This document shows positions 28,165 through 42,037 of a DNA stretch of 64,000 nt, piece by piece (position 1 is the stretch's first letter; the number at the start of each line of letters is the position of its first letter). Below the pieces are notes generated by a model. It saw only the letters and a list, made by a program, of their open reading frames with translations, was not told where the DNA came from and made no database searches. The stretch lies in contig MNYS01000005.1 in the NCBI GenBank assembly GCA_001873215.1, forward strand, positions 1,367-65,366, given 5' to 3'. The DNA is from Candidatus Levybacteria bacterium CG2_30_37_29 (GTDB lineage: Bacteria > Patescibacteriota > Microgenomatia > Levybacterales > GWA1-39-11). A program made the position numbers and the translations under genes.

Positions 28165-29679
28165 ATGAAAACAGAAGATTTTATAAAGGAAATAGAAAAA
28201 AAATTATCCAGTATTAATATCTCACCGAAATCTGAGAATGTTGGAAATGTATTACGTATAAGTGATGGAATAATACATGCTTCCGGTCTTTCGCTTGCGG
28301 GATTTGGTGAAGAAGTAGAGTTTGAAGACGGAACACGCGGGCTGGTTTTCAATCTGGATGAAGATTATGTGTCAATTATTTTACTTTCTACATCAACAAA
28401 TATAGTAGAAGGTACAAAAGTTAAATCTACGGGCAAAATACTAGGGGTTGAAGTCTCAGATGCGTTAATCGGCAGAACAGTTGACCCTCTCCTATCTGCT
28501 CTTGACGGTAAACAATTAAAAATAAAAGGCAAAGTCTATCCTCTTGAAAAAATTGCTCCGGGCGTTATCATGCGACAACCGGTTAATACTCCAATAAAAA
28601 CAGGAATTAAGGCAATCGACAGCATGATTCCAATAGGACGCGGCCAAAGAGAGCTTATTATAGGAGACAGAAACACCGGCAAAACAGCGATTGCAATAGA
28701 TACAATTATAAATCAGAAGAGAAAAGATTTGGGCCTTAGAAGAGTAATTTGTATTTATTGTGCTATTGGCCAAAAAAGAGGAAATATCGCAAAAACAATT
28801 ACAAAGCTTGATGAAGAAGGTGCAATGGAATACACAATTGTAGTTGCAGCAAGCGCATCAGATGCGCCTGCTCTTCAATACCTTTCTCCTTTTACGGCAT
28901 GTTCTATTGCCGAATACTTTATGGATCGCGGAGAAGACGTTTTGATAATATTTGATGATCTTTCAAAGCATGCATGGGCTTATAGACAAATTTCTCTTCT
29001 TTTGAGACGTCCTGCAGGACGCGAAGCATATCCGGGGGATATTTTTTACCTACATTCAAGACTTCTTGAAAGAGCAGCACGTCTTTCATCAAAAAATGGA
29101 GGAGGATCCATAACAGCTCTTCCTATAATTGAAACGCAGGCAGGAGATAATTCTGCCTATATTCCTACAAATGTAATTTCAATAACAGACGGACAGATTT
29201 ATCTTGAAACAGACCTTTTTAACGCAGGAACACGTCCCGCAATTAACGCAGGCCTCTCTGTTTCAAGGGTTGGAGGTTCTGCACAAACAAAAAGCATGAA
29301 ACAAGTAGCAGGACCTTTGCGCCTAGAACTTGCACAATTTAGGGAACTTGCTGCTTTTGCGCAATTCGGTAGCGATCTTGACGATCAAACTCAAAAACGA
29401 ATTGAACGTGGCAAGCGCATTGCTGAAATATTAAAACAACCGCAATACACTCCTTTTTCAGAGGCAGAAGAAATACTTAATATTTATGCAGCAACAACCG
29501 GAGTTCTGGACGAATTACCGATTGAAAAAATAAGTACTTTTGAAAAAAAGGCATATGGTTATTTAAAAATAAAAAATAAAAAATTAGTTGAAAAAATAGG
29601 TACAGACGATAAATTGGATGAAAAAACGCTTTCAGAATTAACGACTGAATTAAAAGATTTTGCGAAAACCATTAAATAA
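28165..29679 (+). CDS. atpA: F0F1 ATP synthase subunit alpha
   Basis: '[18 protein letters not shown]' Walker A. Confidence 0.95.
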   Translation: MKTEDFIKEIEKKLSSINISPKSENVGNVLRISDGIIHASGLSLAGFGEEVEFEDGTRGLVFNLDEDYVSIILLSTSTNIVEGTKVKSTGKILGVEVSDALIGRTVDPLLSALDGKQLKIKGKVYPLEKIAPGVIMRQPVNTPIKTGIKAIDSMIPIGRGQRELIIGDRNTGKTAIAIDTIINQKRKDLGLRRVICIYCAIGQKRGNIAKTITKLDEEGAMEYTIVVAASASDAPALQYLSPFTACSIAEYFMDRGEDVLIIFDDLSKHAWAYRQISLLLRRPAGREAYPGDIFYLHSRLLERAARLSSKNGGGSITALPIIETQAGDNSAYIPTNVISITDGQIYLETDLFNAGTRPAINAGLSVSRVGGSAQTKSMKQVAGPLRLELAQFRELAAFAQFGSDLDDQTQKRIERGKRIAEILKQPQYTPFSEAEEILNIYAATTGVLDELPIEKISTFEKKAYGYLKIKNKKLVEKIGTDDKLDEKTLSELTTELKDFAKTIK

Positions 29680-29681
29680 CT

Positions 29682-32350
<2,669 letters not shown>

Positions 32351-32351
<1 letters not shown>

Positions 32352-33064
32352 TGATAAAATCACGTCTTACACGAAGAACTGAGAAGCAAACAAAAAGACA
32401 GCTTTATTTTTCTCTGGGAGGAATTGCAGCAACTCTTATTTTTCTTTCATTGTTTGGTCCAATGATTTTGACCTTTTTTGGAAGCATTATTGATTCTCTT
32501 CAGGGAAAAAATAAAAATCAAATAAATTACTTATCACTTGCGCCCTATCAAACTCCCACTCTTGATTCTCTTCCTCAAGCAACTCCTAGCGCATCAATTA
32601 CAATCACGGGCATGAGTCAATACACAGAAGGTCAAATTGAAGTTTTTTTAAACAACTCATCATATAAAGAAGCAGACGTAGACAACAATAACTTTGAAAT
32701 AGAAAATATAAGACTAGACGTTGGAGAAAACACAATTAAAATTAGATATAAAAAAGGAGACAAAACAAGCGATTTCTCCCAAGAACAAAAAATATTATTA
32801 ATAAAGGACGCACCAAAACTTGAAATTTCAAATCCCACAGACAACTCTACTTTTGGAAAAGCAGATCAGGATATAACTATAAGCGGACAAACAGATGCTG
32901 ACAACTCTGTTAAAGTAAATGAGTTTCGCGCAATAGTAGATACTTCAGGTAATTTTAGCTATACCCTGACCTTAAAAGAAGGTGAAAATAAAATTTCCGT
33001 TGAGGCACAAAACGAAGCTTTCAAAACTACCACAAAAACCATTACTGTCTTCTATAAACCGTAA
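32351..33064 (+). CDS. Hypothetical membrane-anchored protein with predicted β-rich extracellular domain
   Basis: N-terminal TM 'LYFSLGGIAATLIFLSLFGPMIL', Thr/Asn-rich. Confidence 0.5.
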
Positions 33065-34238
33065 CTCCAACGAGAGTAAAAATCCAAATTGCAATAATTG
33101 GATAAAAAAGTATATTCTCAAAAAGCGATCCTACAAATATTCCAAACAAACAAGATATTGTTACAATACTTTCAGAACTTTTTTTTTGCGCAAAGACTAA
33201 GAAAGCTTCTTTGATAACAAAGAAAAGAAATGTCAAAAAAATAATAAATCCTATAAGTCCTGTTGTGGCAAGAACAACAAGATATGAATTAGGAACACCT
33301 GCTCCGGCGTGAGTTATTTCAAATCTTGTATCCAAAACTCCAAGTTTTCGTTGTGAATACCTTAACGAATTAAAACCAACTCCGTATATAGGTGATGATT
33401 CAAATACTTTTATGGCGGCTTTCATAGAACTTCCTCTTCCTATAATTGATGCGCTCCTAAAAGGATTCATGTTCTCAATACTAAAATCTTTAGGTATTAG
33501 AATGATTGAAAAAATCATGAGTACAATAATTAAAATTAATGTTTTGTAATTTCTTTTTAATATAAAAAAAGTAGAAATACTTACAACAAACATAATAATA
33601 CTGCTTCTTGAATATGTAAGAAAAAGGGAAACAATTGACAGAAAAAGAATTGCAACAACAATAGGTTTCTTTATGTTTTTTTGTACCAAGAAATGTAAAA
33701 TTGTAATTATTGTTAAAACAATTATTACGCCTGCAAAATTTGGGTCCAGGACAGTTGAAAAAAGTCTATATAAATGCTCATCCCACCCAAGATAATATAG
33801 ATTTTTAAGATTAGGATACAAAAAATATTGCACAAAGCCTAATGCAATAAATACAACACCCGATAAGCTTAACTTTAAAAGAATTCTATCTTTAAATTTT
33901 TTTGAAAGAATAGAAAGAGCGAAAATCAAATTTACATACATCAAAAAACGAAAATCGTATAAAAAGGACGTAGATAACTCTTGAAAATTCATCTTTGTAG
34001 GACTAACAATCAAAGAAAATATACCAAAAATAAAAAAAACTAAAAAAGAAACAAAGATATTTCTGGGATGCGGAATACTCTTTTTTTTAATAAAATAAAG
34101 TGTAGAAATCGTAAAAATGCAAAGCAGAATTAAGTCATGTGAATAGATAAAAATTTGACTTCCAAGGCCTATTCTGCCAATAACTCCAATTGGAAGAGAT
34201 ATTATAAAAAGTGTAAATAAAAATTCTAGTAATGCCAT
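33042..34238 (-). CDS. O-antigen ligase / Wzy_C-family polytopic membrane protein
   Basis: ~10 TM, 'TYSRSSIIMFVVS' and 'THAGAGVPNSYLVVLATTGLIGF' (H-x-x-N-x-Y-L ligase motif). Confidence 0.6.
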   Translation of the reverse strand: MALLEFLFTLFIISLPIGVIGRIGLGSQIFIYSHDLILLCIFTISTLYFIKKKSIPHPRNIFVSFLVFFIFGIFSLIVSPTKMNFQELSTSFLYDFRFLMYVNLIFALSILSKKFKDRILLKLSLSGVVFIALGFVQYFLYPNLKNLYYLGWDEHLYRLFSTVLDPNFAGVIIVLTIITILHFLVQKNIKKPIVVAILFLSIVSLFLTYSRSSIIMFVVSISTFFILKRNYKTLILIIVLMIFSIILIPKDFSIENMNPFRSASIIGRGSSMKAAIKVFESSPIYGVGFNSLRYSQRKLGVLDTRFEITHAGAGVPNSYLVVLATTGLIGFIIFLTFLFFVIKEAFLVFAQKKSSESIVTISCLFGIFVGSLFENILFYPIIAIWIFTLVGVTVYRRQ

Positions 34239-35830
34239 TTTTTACCTCCTAGACTATATAAGATAACATTAGAAGTCTTATTTTCATAGATTTTCTTCCA
34301 AAAGAAAAAACGTGGATTAAGACTGGCGTTTTGAACAAGAACATAATTAAATTCATCTCCTTTTTTAACCCAAGTCTCATGAATAAAAGGAAAATCAACA
34401 TAATAAAGATTATGTGTTCCAAATATCAAAATCTTATCAGTTTTTTTTATGTTTTTTTTAAAATAACCGTCAGTGTCATAAAAATCTCCAAAAGAGAAAT
34501 TTAAGTTTTTGGAAAGAAAATAATCTTTTGTCTGAAATCCAAAAACATAAGGAACATATTTAACATTTGCAAAAAAACGATACCCTATTGAAATAACTGC
34601 TAAAAAAACGACCAACATAACAATAACTTTTGAATACATGTTTTTCTCAAACGGCCTTAATATTGCAAGTTGAAGTAGAGATATTACGGGAAGGTACGGA
34701 AGTATAAATCTACCCCCTCCTAAATGTGGAGTTATATACCAAATACAAAGTGACAAAACAGAATATACAAGAAACATTTTCTCATAACTTGAGAATTTTC
34801 GGAACGCAAATGGAATTAACGGGACGGTAATTAAAAAAATAGGAGAAATAGGATCTGCTGAAGCCATAAAGAGCAAGATGCAACTTTTAACGATCTCATG
34901 CGGATATAAATTAAGATTAGGAGCAAGGGGAAGAAGGGATGTAAATATTGGGAAAATAGGATTTCCTGTTGACCTAAAAGCAAAAATAAACCATGGTAAA
35001 AGAATAAACAAGCAAGATAAAATAAATAAGCAAAAATATATAACTGACTTTTTAAATGATATTTTTTGCTTGTAACAAATAAAAAATAAAAAAGTTATCA
35101 TAATAACCAAACTTCCAATAGCCAAAAGCTTTGCTGCAATCGCGAAGCCCAACATGATTCCCGACATCAAAACCCAAACTGAAGATTTTGTTTTGAAAAA
35201 ATTTAACATTGCCCAAAACGCCATAATTTCAAAAAATGTTCTCCCTAAATCTACAAAGGCAGTTATTGATTCCCATCCCACAACAAGACTTGAATAAAAA
35301 ATAATACATGCAAGAAGAGCATACGTATGAGAGTAAAACTTTCTTGAAATTTTGTATATTGCAAGAAGAACTGCTAGACCTAAAAAGAAATGGATCCCTT
35401 TTGCCAAAACCTCACTTCCGAGCGAAAGCGCACCTACATAAATCATTTCAATAAATTTTGGCATTGCGCTGTAATATAAAAGTCCACCGGGAATATATGT
35501 AACTTTTTCCAGTTCAAGATATACTTTCGGCAAACTAAGATGATACCAAAGAGAATCAAATGCTATCTCGGGTCCCAATACACCAATACTGTTTACTAAA
35601 ATCTGCGTGATTAAAAGTATTAACAAAAAGAGAAACAAATTATTTTTTATAACACACAAGCGACGAATACTTTTAAAAAAGGACAAAATATCACTTTTAA
35701 AGTATAGAATTAAAAATAAAAGAAAAGCTATTGTAAAAATATTAACCAGATTTTTTGAAAGAATACCCAAAAGACCAATAGAAAAAATAGAATACGAGTA
35801 AATTCCGATTATTAATGCTAGCCTAAACAT
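34226..35830 (-). CDS. Polytopic membrane protein, putative GT-C-fold glycosyltransferase
   Basis: 534 aa, >12 predicted TM. Confidence 0.4.
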   Translation of the reverse strand: MFRLALIIGIYSYSIFSIGLLGILSKNLVNIFTIAFLLFLILYFKSDILSFFKSIRRLCVIKNNLFLFLLILLITQILVNSIGVLGPEIAFDSLWYHLSLPKVYLELEKVTYIPGGLLYYSAMPKFIEMIYVGALSLGSEVLAKGIHFFLGLAVLLAIYKISRKFYSHTYALLACIIFYSSLVVGWESITAFVDLGRTFFEIMAFWAMLNFFKTKSSVWVLMSGIMLGFAIAAKLLAIGSLVIMITFLFFICYKQKISFKKSVIYFCLFILSCLFILLPWFIFAFRSTGNPIFPIFTSLLPLAPNLNLYPHEIVKSCILLFMASADPISPIFLITVPLIPFAFRKFSSYEKMFLVYSVLSLCIWYITPHLGGGRFILPYLPVISLLQLAILRPFEKNMYSKVIVMLVVFLAVISIGYRFFANVKYVPYVFGFQTKDYFLSKNLNFSFGDFYDTDGYFKKNIKKTDKILIFGTHNLYYVDFPFIHETWVKKGDEFNYVLVQNASLNPRFFFWKKIYENKTSNVILYSLGGKKWHY

Positions 35831-35856
35831 ATTTAATTCTTACTAAGGAATAATTA

Positions 35857-35878
35857 TTTTCGCTTTCGAAAGCAAAAA
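35857..35878. promoter_or_regulatory. 22-bp near-perfect palindrome TTTTCGCTTTCGAAAGCAAAAA in divergent intergenic region (operator candidate)
   Basis: Core GCTTTCGAAAGC perfect; flanking T5/A5. Confidence 0.3.
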
Positions 35879-35978
35879 AAGAACATATTTTATTAAAATA
35901 AATACAGTCCAGACTAAAAAAATAAATTTTAAAAGTTTTTGTTGCATAAAAATATATTTTAATTATATAACAAAACCA

Positions 35979-38426
35979 GTGTCTTATTGCCCTATACATG
36001 GTAAAATTATGCAGAAACTACATATGAATACTGCGCTTAAGAAAATACTTTTAAAAGCTTTTAATTTTTTAATTGCACATAAAGAAATTTTTATTCTGTT
36101 ATTTTTGTCTTTAATCTTCTTTTACAAATTGCTTTTACGTCCGCAAGAAATGATTTATCCCGGAGGAGACATAAGAGCCGTTTATTCCTTCTGGAGAAGT
36201 TTTTTAGTGGATTCATTTTTTAAATTCCATAGTCTTCCGTTATGGAATCCTTATGCTTTTTCAGGAATGCCTTTTATGGGTGATCCTGAAGCTGGATTCT
36301 TTTATCCATTTACGCTTGTATTTTATATTATTCCTGTAAATCTTGCATTTGGATATCTTTTTATTGTAGATTTCTTTTTAATAGGGCTTTTTACTTTCTT
36401 ATTTTCAAGATTAATTAAACTTTCACGATTTTCTTCTCTTGTTTCCGCAACCTGCATGATGCTTGGAGGAACTTTTTCTTTATTTGTATATGAAGGTCAT
36501 TTATTTGTAGCAGACACAATAATATGGTTTGTTGCAATATTATTTTGTTTTGAATTAGCGCTTTCCAAAAAAAAACCGCTTTTGGGTTTATTGTCTGCTC
36601 TTCCCATCTCACTATCTCTTTTTTCTGGCCATATTCAACCACTTATTTTTTCTCTTCTTGCAACAGGAATTTATATTTTATTAAGAATACTATTTGAAAA
36701 AAACTTAAGAAAAGATTTTAAAACTATAGTCGCTTATTTAAGTATCCCGCTTATATCCCTAATAATAGGCATACTGCTCTCTTCTGTAACTGTTTTACCA
36801 AGCATTGAGCTTGCAAAATACTCAATTAGACAAAACGGTCTTTCGTTTAAATTTGCATCAGATTTTTCGCTCCCTCCAATACAACTTATTTCATTTTTTC
36901 TTCCTCATTTTTTTGGATCCCCAGTAAATAGCACTTATTGGGGAAAAGGAAATTTCTGGTCTCTTTGCGGATACATGGGAATAATACCAATTATTCTGGC
37001 AGGCTTCGGTATTTTTCTTTCCAAAAAAAAATTGGCGCTGATTTTTTTTGTGCTTGGTATTTTTGCACTCCTTTTTTCTTTTGGAAGCTATGGTCCGTTG
37101 TTTCCTTTATTTTATAAATTTTTCCCCGGATTTAATAATTTCCGCGTTCCTGCAAGATTTTTATTTGTTTATGGTTTTTCATTTTCAATTTTAGCAGGAT
37201 ACGGAATAAATTATATTTTTAGATCAAAAAAGCAAACAAAACTATTTGCTAAAAAATCGGGAAAAATAATTTTATCATACGGTACTATTGTTTTTATCTT
37301 TGCTTTTTATATGTATTTTAATACAAACGGCCTTTCACTCTTTGAAAAAATAATATTAAAAAATAGCTATGCTCAAGGTATTGACCACAAAATAATATAC
37401 TACTTAATTAATACTGACGTTTTTTACTTATCATTCTTCTTAATTTCATTCGGGTCTATTCTATATTTATTTTCAAAAAAGATTATTTCAAACAATCTTT
37501 CTAAAATTTTAATCTTTGTAATCATCATAGCCGATCTTCTAATTTTCGGCACTGCTTTCTATACGACGAAAAATCCCAGAGACGTTTTCAAGTATTCCAA
37601 TGAAATAGCTTTTATTAAAAATGACCCAAGTAAATTTAGAGTTTTTGATCTTTCGGGACAAAAAATAACATTTCTTAACAGTCAAAAACTTGAAAGCGCA
37701 ACAGGAATAAACCCGGTATTTTTAAAAGATTACCAAAACTTTTTGTGGCTTGCTGGAGATCATCTTGAAAATCCTTATGAGAATTTTTTTGATTTTTACA
37801 ATATTAAGAATACTCTTGTATTAAAACTTTTGAATATAAAGTATGTTATTTCAAAAAATCATCTTTCTGTAAGCGGTTTATCTCAAATTTATCATAATGA
37901 GTTTTTTGTTTATAAGGTTGATGACAGTCTTCCAAGAGCCTATGTTGTTCCTTATGCACGTAGATTATCAAATCAAAAAGATGTTTTAACCTTTATTAAT
38001 AATAAAGCATTTTCTCCAAAGGAAGAAGTAATTATAACTGATATTATTCCTTTTAAAAAAACCTCTTTGACAACTTTTGAAAAAGCAACGATAACAAAAT
38101 ACGAACCGAATAAAATTGTTGTTTATACTAAAATTCCAGATGTGGGATATCTTGTTTTAAGCGAAATTTGGTATCCGGGGTGGAAAGCTTATGATAATGG
38201 AAAAGAAGTAAAGATACTTAAAGGAAATGGAATTATAAGAGTTGTTCCGATTGAAAAAGGTCAACACATAATAACATTTATATATTCTCCTGATCTATTT
38301 AAAATTGGAGCAATTATCTCAAGTTTCTCTTTTATTATTTTTATAGGAATAATTCTTGTAATGCTTAAAAAGCTAAACTACGGTAATTTTTGGAAGAGGA
38401 AAAATAAAATGTCCTCCCTTTTTTAA
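35979..38426 (+). CDS. YfhO-family membrane protein (GT-C-like glycosyl transferase family)
   Basis: 815 aa; 'LPLWNPYAFSGMPFMGDPEAGFFYP' YfhO hallmark; C-terminal extracytoplasmic domain. Confidence 0.75.
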   Translation: MSYCPIHGKIMQKLHMNTALKKILLKAFNFLIAHKEIFILLFLSLIFFYKLLLRPQEMIYPGGDIRAVYSFWRSFLVDSFFKFHSLPLWNPYAFSGMPFMGDPEAGFFYPFTLVFYIIPVNLAFGYLFIVDFFLIGLFTFLFSRLIKLSRFSSLVSATCMMLGGTFSLFVYEGHLFVADTIIWFVAILFCFELALSKKKPLLGLLSALPISLSLFSGHIQPLIFSLLATGIYILLRILFEKNLRKDFKTIVAYLSIPLISLIIGILLSSVTVLPSIELAKYSIRQNGLSFKFASDFSLPPIQLISFFLPHFFGSPVNSTYWGKGNFWSLCGYMGIIPIILAGFGIFLSKKKLALIFFVLGIFALLFSFGSYGPLFPLFYKFFPGFNNFRVPARFLFVYGFSFSILAGYGINYIFRSKKQTKLFAKKSGKIILSYGTIVFIFAFYMYFNTNGLSLFEKIILKNSYAQGIDHKIIYYLINTDVFYLSFFLISFGSILYLFSKKIISNNLSKILIFVIIIADLLIFGTAFYTTKNPRDVFKYSNEIAFIKNDPSKFRVFDLSGQKITFLNSQKLESATGINPVFLKDYQNFLWLAGDHLENPYENFFDFYNIKNTLVLKLLNIKYVISKNHLSVSGLSQIYHNEFFVYKVDDSLPRAYVVPYARRLSNQKDVLTFINNKAFSPKEEVIITDIIPFKKTSLTTFEKATITKYEPNKIVVYTKIPDVGYLVLSEIWYPGWKAYDNGKEVKILKGNGIIRVVPIEKGQHIITFIYSPDLFKIGAIISSFSFIIFIGIILVMLKKLNYGNFWKRKNKMSSLF

Positions 38427-39659
38427 ATACTCCTTCTCTCGCTTTAAAAACTCTTTTTTGAAAAACCATGGAAGCACAAGCATATAATCTGGTTTGTCTT
38501 GTCGAGCTTTTTCTTCAGTAATAATAGGTATTCTTACAGAAGCAATTTTTTTACCCCACTTCTCCGGATTTCTCTCAACAGCTGCAAAAATTACTTTATT
38601 GTTAAATTTACATGACTGAATCAAAGTATTTCCTCTAGTTGATGCTCCATATAAATATATTTTATTACCTTCTTTTGCTTTTTGATAAATAAAATCATGT
38701 AGCTGACTTATTATCTTATCAACTCTGCTGGCAAAATCTCTATACGTTTTGAGGCTTGAAAGCATAAGTTTTTTCTCTTTTTCTTTCATTTTTTTAACAC
38801 GACTGCTTACTTTATTTTTATTATTATCTTTGAATCTTATATATGTTCTAAAGCTTCCTCCGTTAATTGGCGTTTCTTCAACGTCAAAAACGTACATATT
38901 GTGCATTGCCAAAAGGTATTCAATAGATGCAAGAGAATAATATTCCAGATGTTCATGAAGTATATTGTCAAATGCGTTTTGCAAAAGCATTCCTGGTAAA
39001 TAATTCTGTTGAATAATAAGTATCCCGTTTTTATCAAGTATCCTTGTTATATCTTTTAAGAAATTATTTGGTGAATCTATATCATAAAACATTGAAATTG
39101 CCGTCACGATTTTTGCTTTTTTCTCTCTTATAGATTTTGGGAGTTTTTGAAAAGCTGAATAACTAAAATAATCGTTAATTGAATAAGAGCAAAACTTTTC
39201 TGAAGCTTTTGCAAATTTTTTTACAGGTTCAAAACCAACAGTTACGCCTTTTTTATAATTTGAAAGAAGAGTTCCATCGTTAGAACCTACATCCACAACA
39301 AGATCATCTTTTTTTAAAAACTTTTTTTTCAAAGCCTTTTTTACAATCTCGGCAAGTTCTTTTTTCATTGTGTCGTTTATTCCAGACCTATATCCATACC
39401 TTTCGGTATATAAATATGCGGGAGGGGTAGTATGTGCAAGCTGAACCAAAGAACATTTTTTACAAATTACAAGTTCCAAGGGATATTTTTTTATTTTTGG
39501 GTTTCCTTTTACAAAATCCGATAGATATTGGTTACCAAGAGAAAGAATAAAGACAAGTTCTTTTGAATAACAAACACGGCACTCAAATATTTTTTTAAAC
39601 GACTTTTTAATTTTACTTTTTACTGTAATCATAGTCTTTTCTTGAGTTTGAGTATACAC
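38373..39659 (-). CDS. SAM-dependent sugar C-methyltransferase family (Zn-ribbon N-domain + methyltransferase + C-methyltransferase C-domain; TylC3/NovU-like)
   Basis: 'CRVCYS…CKKCSLVQL' Zn-binding, 'VVDVGSNDGTL' SAM motif, 'HEHLEYYSL', 'INGGSFRTY'. Confidence 0.7.
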   Translation of the reverse strand: MYTQTQEKTMITVKSKIKKSFKKIFECRVCYSKELVFILSLGNQYLSDFVKGNPKIKKYPLELVICKKCSLVQLAHTTPPAYLYTERYGYRSGINDTMKKELAEIVKKALKKKFLKKDDLVVDVGSNDGTLLSNYKKGVTVGFEPVKKFAKASEKFCSYSINDYFSYSAFQKLPKSIREKKAKIVTAISMFYDIDSPNNFLKDITRILDKNGILIIQQNYLPGMLLQNAFDNILHEHLEYYSLASIEYLLAMHNMYVFDVEETPINGGSFRTYIRFKDNNKNKVSSRVKKMKEKEKKLMLSSLKTYRDFASRVDKIISQLHDFIYQKAKEGNKIYLYGASTRGNTLIQSCKFNNKVIFAAVERNPEKWGKKIASVRIPIITEEKARQDKPDYMLVLPWFFKKEFLKREKEYLKKGGHFIFPLPKITVV

Positions 39660-39687
39660 AAATTTTGCATAAACATAAAGAGATTAA

Positions 39688-41259
39688 TTATTTATGCTTA
39701 TACACGGTTATTACTTTTGCACCGTCTGCTAAAACATCATATATGGGAAAATAGTTTTGCGTAACATTTTTGCTATCAAATTTTTCTCTAATAATATTAA
39801 AGTAACCAACCATAACATAATCATATTTATTTTTATCATTATATTCCGTTATTAAAAGAGAGGTTACAGGAGGAATCGAGGTCAGTGGCATAACCGCAGC
39901 GCCTACAGTTGAATTTTTTGGCGCATTTTTTTTTAAATATGTCGTTGCTTCTTTTATTCCTTCTCCCCACCATCCTAAATGAAATAATTTTTTCTCGTAC
40001 ACTCCTTTTGAACCACCAACAACTATATTAAAGTAATCAATATAATAAGGTGATATCCTTACCAATACGACTAAAAGATATATAAAAAAAATTACCACAA
40101 CCAGTATTCTTTTCTTCTGATTTTTTATAAGTGATAAAAGAAAATCCATTCCTATTGCTGCAATTATTGAAAATGGTGCATAAATTTCTATAATATACCT
40201 TATGCCTTGTTGTCTAAAATTGTAAAAAGATTGTATAAATGGCAAACAGAACCAAAAAATAACAGAATATATAATCCATCTTTTACTCTTAAAAGATTTA
40301 CTTCCCAATAAATAAGATAGCTTCTTTGCTCCTATAAAAAATAAAAGCAATGTTATAAACGGTGTTGTTATAAGAAAGAAGATAAAATAATATATTTTAG
40401 GCACAAACATTAATCTGCCAAAAAACACCTCAGGAACTGAATGTGCTGTTTGCGCAAAACGCAACTGTGTATTTGATTCAATGAATTGAGACAAATGAAA
40501 AAAAGGCATTGGCCAAAAAATAAAAAATACAATAAAAGAAATGACTATTATTAATAGTGTTTGAGAAAATATAGTCATGTTTGTACTCTTTGATTTATTA
40601 TTCCCAAATTTTACCCAAACTATAAGTATTGAAAACATTAAAGGAATAAGCAATATGTTTGTGTATTTAGTTAGAAACGCCAAACCTAATATCACTCCTG
40701 TAACGGTGGTATGAAATTTATTTGGTTTTTCAATAAATAATAAAAAAGAATAAACCGTAGCAGTAAATGTAAATACAAGAACACTTTCTATGGTCGCAAG
40801 CTGACTCATTCCCAAAAAAATAGGAAGAGTAGAAAGTATTATCCCGGAAAAGAAACCAATAAATAAACCAAAATATTTTTTTGCTATAAGAAAAACGAGT
40901 AAACAGCTAAGAGCTGAAAATAAAACTGAAACGAGTCTTACGCTCATCCAATCATATTTAAATAACGGCTCTCTTTTAAGAAAAAACGGGGCTGGTGAAT
41001 TCTTGCTTTCAATATCAAAATGGGCAGCAATCCCATATAAATACTTTGTTAATGGAGGATGATACGGATGATCATAAAGGTACTTATTTTTAAAATCTCC
41101 ATTAATTATTAATTCTATAAAATTATATCCATCAATTGCTTGTGCCGGCTCATCCCATGTTCTACCTACATCATTTATTCTCCACATACCCAAAACAATG
41201 GAAATTATAAAAATAACTCCGGAAATAATAAATATCTTTATACTATTTTTTTTTATCAT
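39688..41259 (-). CDS. Glycosyltransferase family 39/83-like (PMT/ArnT-type GT-C) membrane protein
   Basis: First extracytoplasmic loop 'TWDEPAQAIDGYNF' (DE motif), 12+ TM. Confidence 0.65.
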   Translation of the reverse strand: MIKKNSIKIFIISGVIFIISIVLGMWRINDVGRTWDEPAQAIDGYNFIELIINGDFKNKYLYDHPYHPPLTKYLYGIAAHFDIESKNSPAPFFLKREPLFKYDWMSVRLVSVLFSALSCLLVFLIAKKYFGLFIGFFSGIILSTLPIFLGMSQLATIESVLVFTFTATVYSFLLFIEKPNKFHTTVTGVILGLAFLTKYTNILLIPLMFSILIVWVKFGNNKSKSTNMTIFSQTLLIIVISFIVFFIFWPMPFFHLSQFIESNTQLRFAQTAHSVPEVFFGRLMFVPKIYYFIFFLITTPFITLLLFFIGAKKLSYLLGSKSFKSKRWIIYSVIFWFCLPFIQSFYNFRQQGIRYIIEIYAPFSIIAAIGMDFLLSLIKNQKKRILVVVIFFIYLLVVLVRISPYYIDYFNIVVGGSKGVYEKKLFHLGWWGEGIKEATTYLKKNAPKNSTVGAAVMPLTSIPPVTSLLITEYNDKNKYDYVMVGYFNIIREKFDSKNVTQNYFPIYDVLADGAKVITVYKHK

Positions 41260-42037
41260 ATAAATATAATTTGGAACGAGATAAGAAAGAATGAAACGAC
41301 ATTATTAATGCATACACCAGACCAGGTACACCGTCTAAAAAACCTAATTTTATAAAATAATTCAATGTAAATTTAGTAAACGGATAAAAAATTATGCTTA
41401 GAACATTTGATGAGTAGCGACTCTCGTGTAGCTCCCTTGCTCTTAAGTTACTGTATTCATTAATTTCTTTAATAAATTCTCTAACTGTCTGATGAGGACA
41501 GTGAATAATTTCATTTTCTAAAACACCTATTTTACCCTTTATGATCCATTTTTCGTGAACTTTTCCTTTCCACAATCCTCTACTTTTCATTCCCAACCTA
41601 ATAAGCTTAATGTTTCCTGCTTCTCCGTATTTAAGCTTTTTTTTCCATGCATAATCTAGTCGTTTTATATAATATCCGTTAGTATCAGTGTTATTTTCAA
41701 CAATTCTTAAAATTTCAGATAACAATTTTTCACTTACTGTTTCATCTGAATCAACAAACAAAACCCAATCATTTTCTGCTTTTTCCATTGCAAAATTTCT
41801 CTGTTTTGCAAAATTACAATTAAGACTTCTATAAAATATTTTTATTTTTTTATTTCTAAAACTTTTAATTCTTTTTATTGTGTCATCTGTGGAATCATCA
41901 TCAACTACAATTATTTCATCAAGCTTAATTAAACCCTTAATGCAATTCTTAATATTTTTTTCCTCGTTTTTTACCAAAATTACAGCTGAAATATTAGTCA
42001 TGATATTCTTTTGTAACAACAACGTTTGAGTCTTCAT
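41243..42037 (-). CDS. Glycosyltransferase family 2
   Basis: 'ISAVILVKNEEKNIKNCIKGLIKLDEIIVVDDDSTDDT'. Confidence 0.8.
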   Translation of the reverse strand: MKTQTLLLQKNIMTNISAVILVKNEEKNIKNCIKGLIKLDEIIVVDDDSTDDTIKRIKSFRNKKIKIFYRSLNCNFAKQRNFAMEKAENDWVLFVDSDETVSEKLLSEILRIVENNTDTNGYYIKRLDYAWKKKLKYGEAGNIKLIRLGMKSRGLWKGKVHEKWIIKGKIGVLENEIIHCPHQTVREFIKEINEYSNLRARELHESRYSSNVLSIIFYPFTKFTLNYFIKLGFLDGVPGLVYALIMSFHSFLSRSKLYLYDKKK

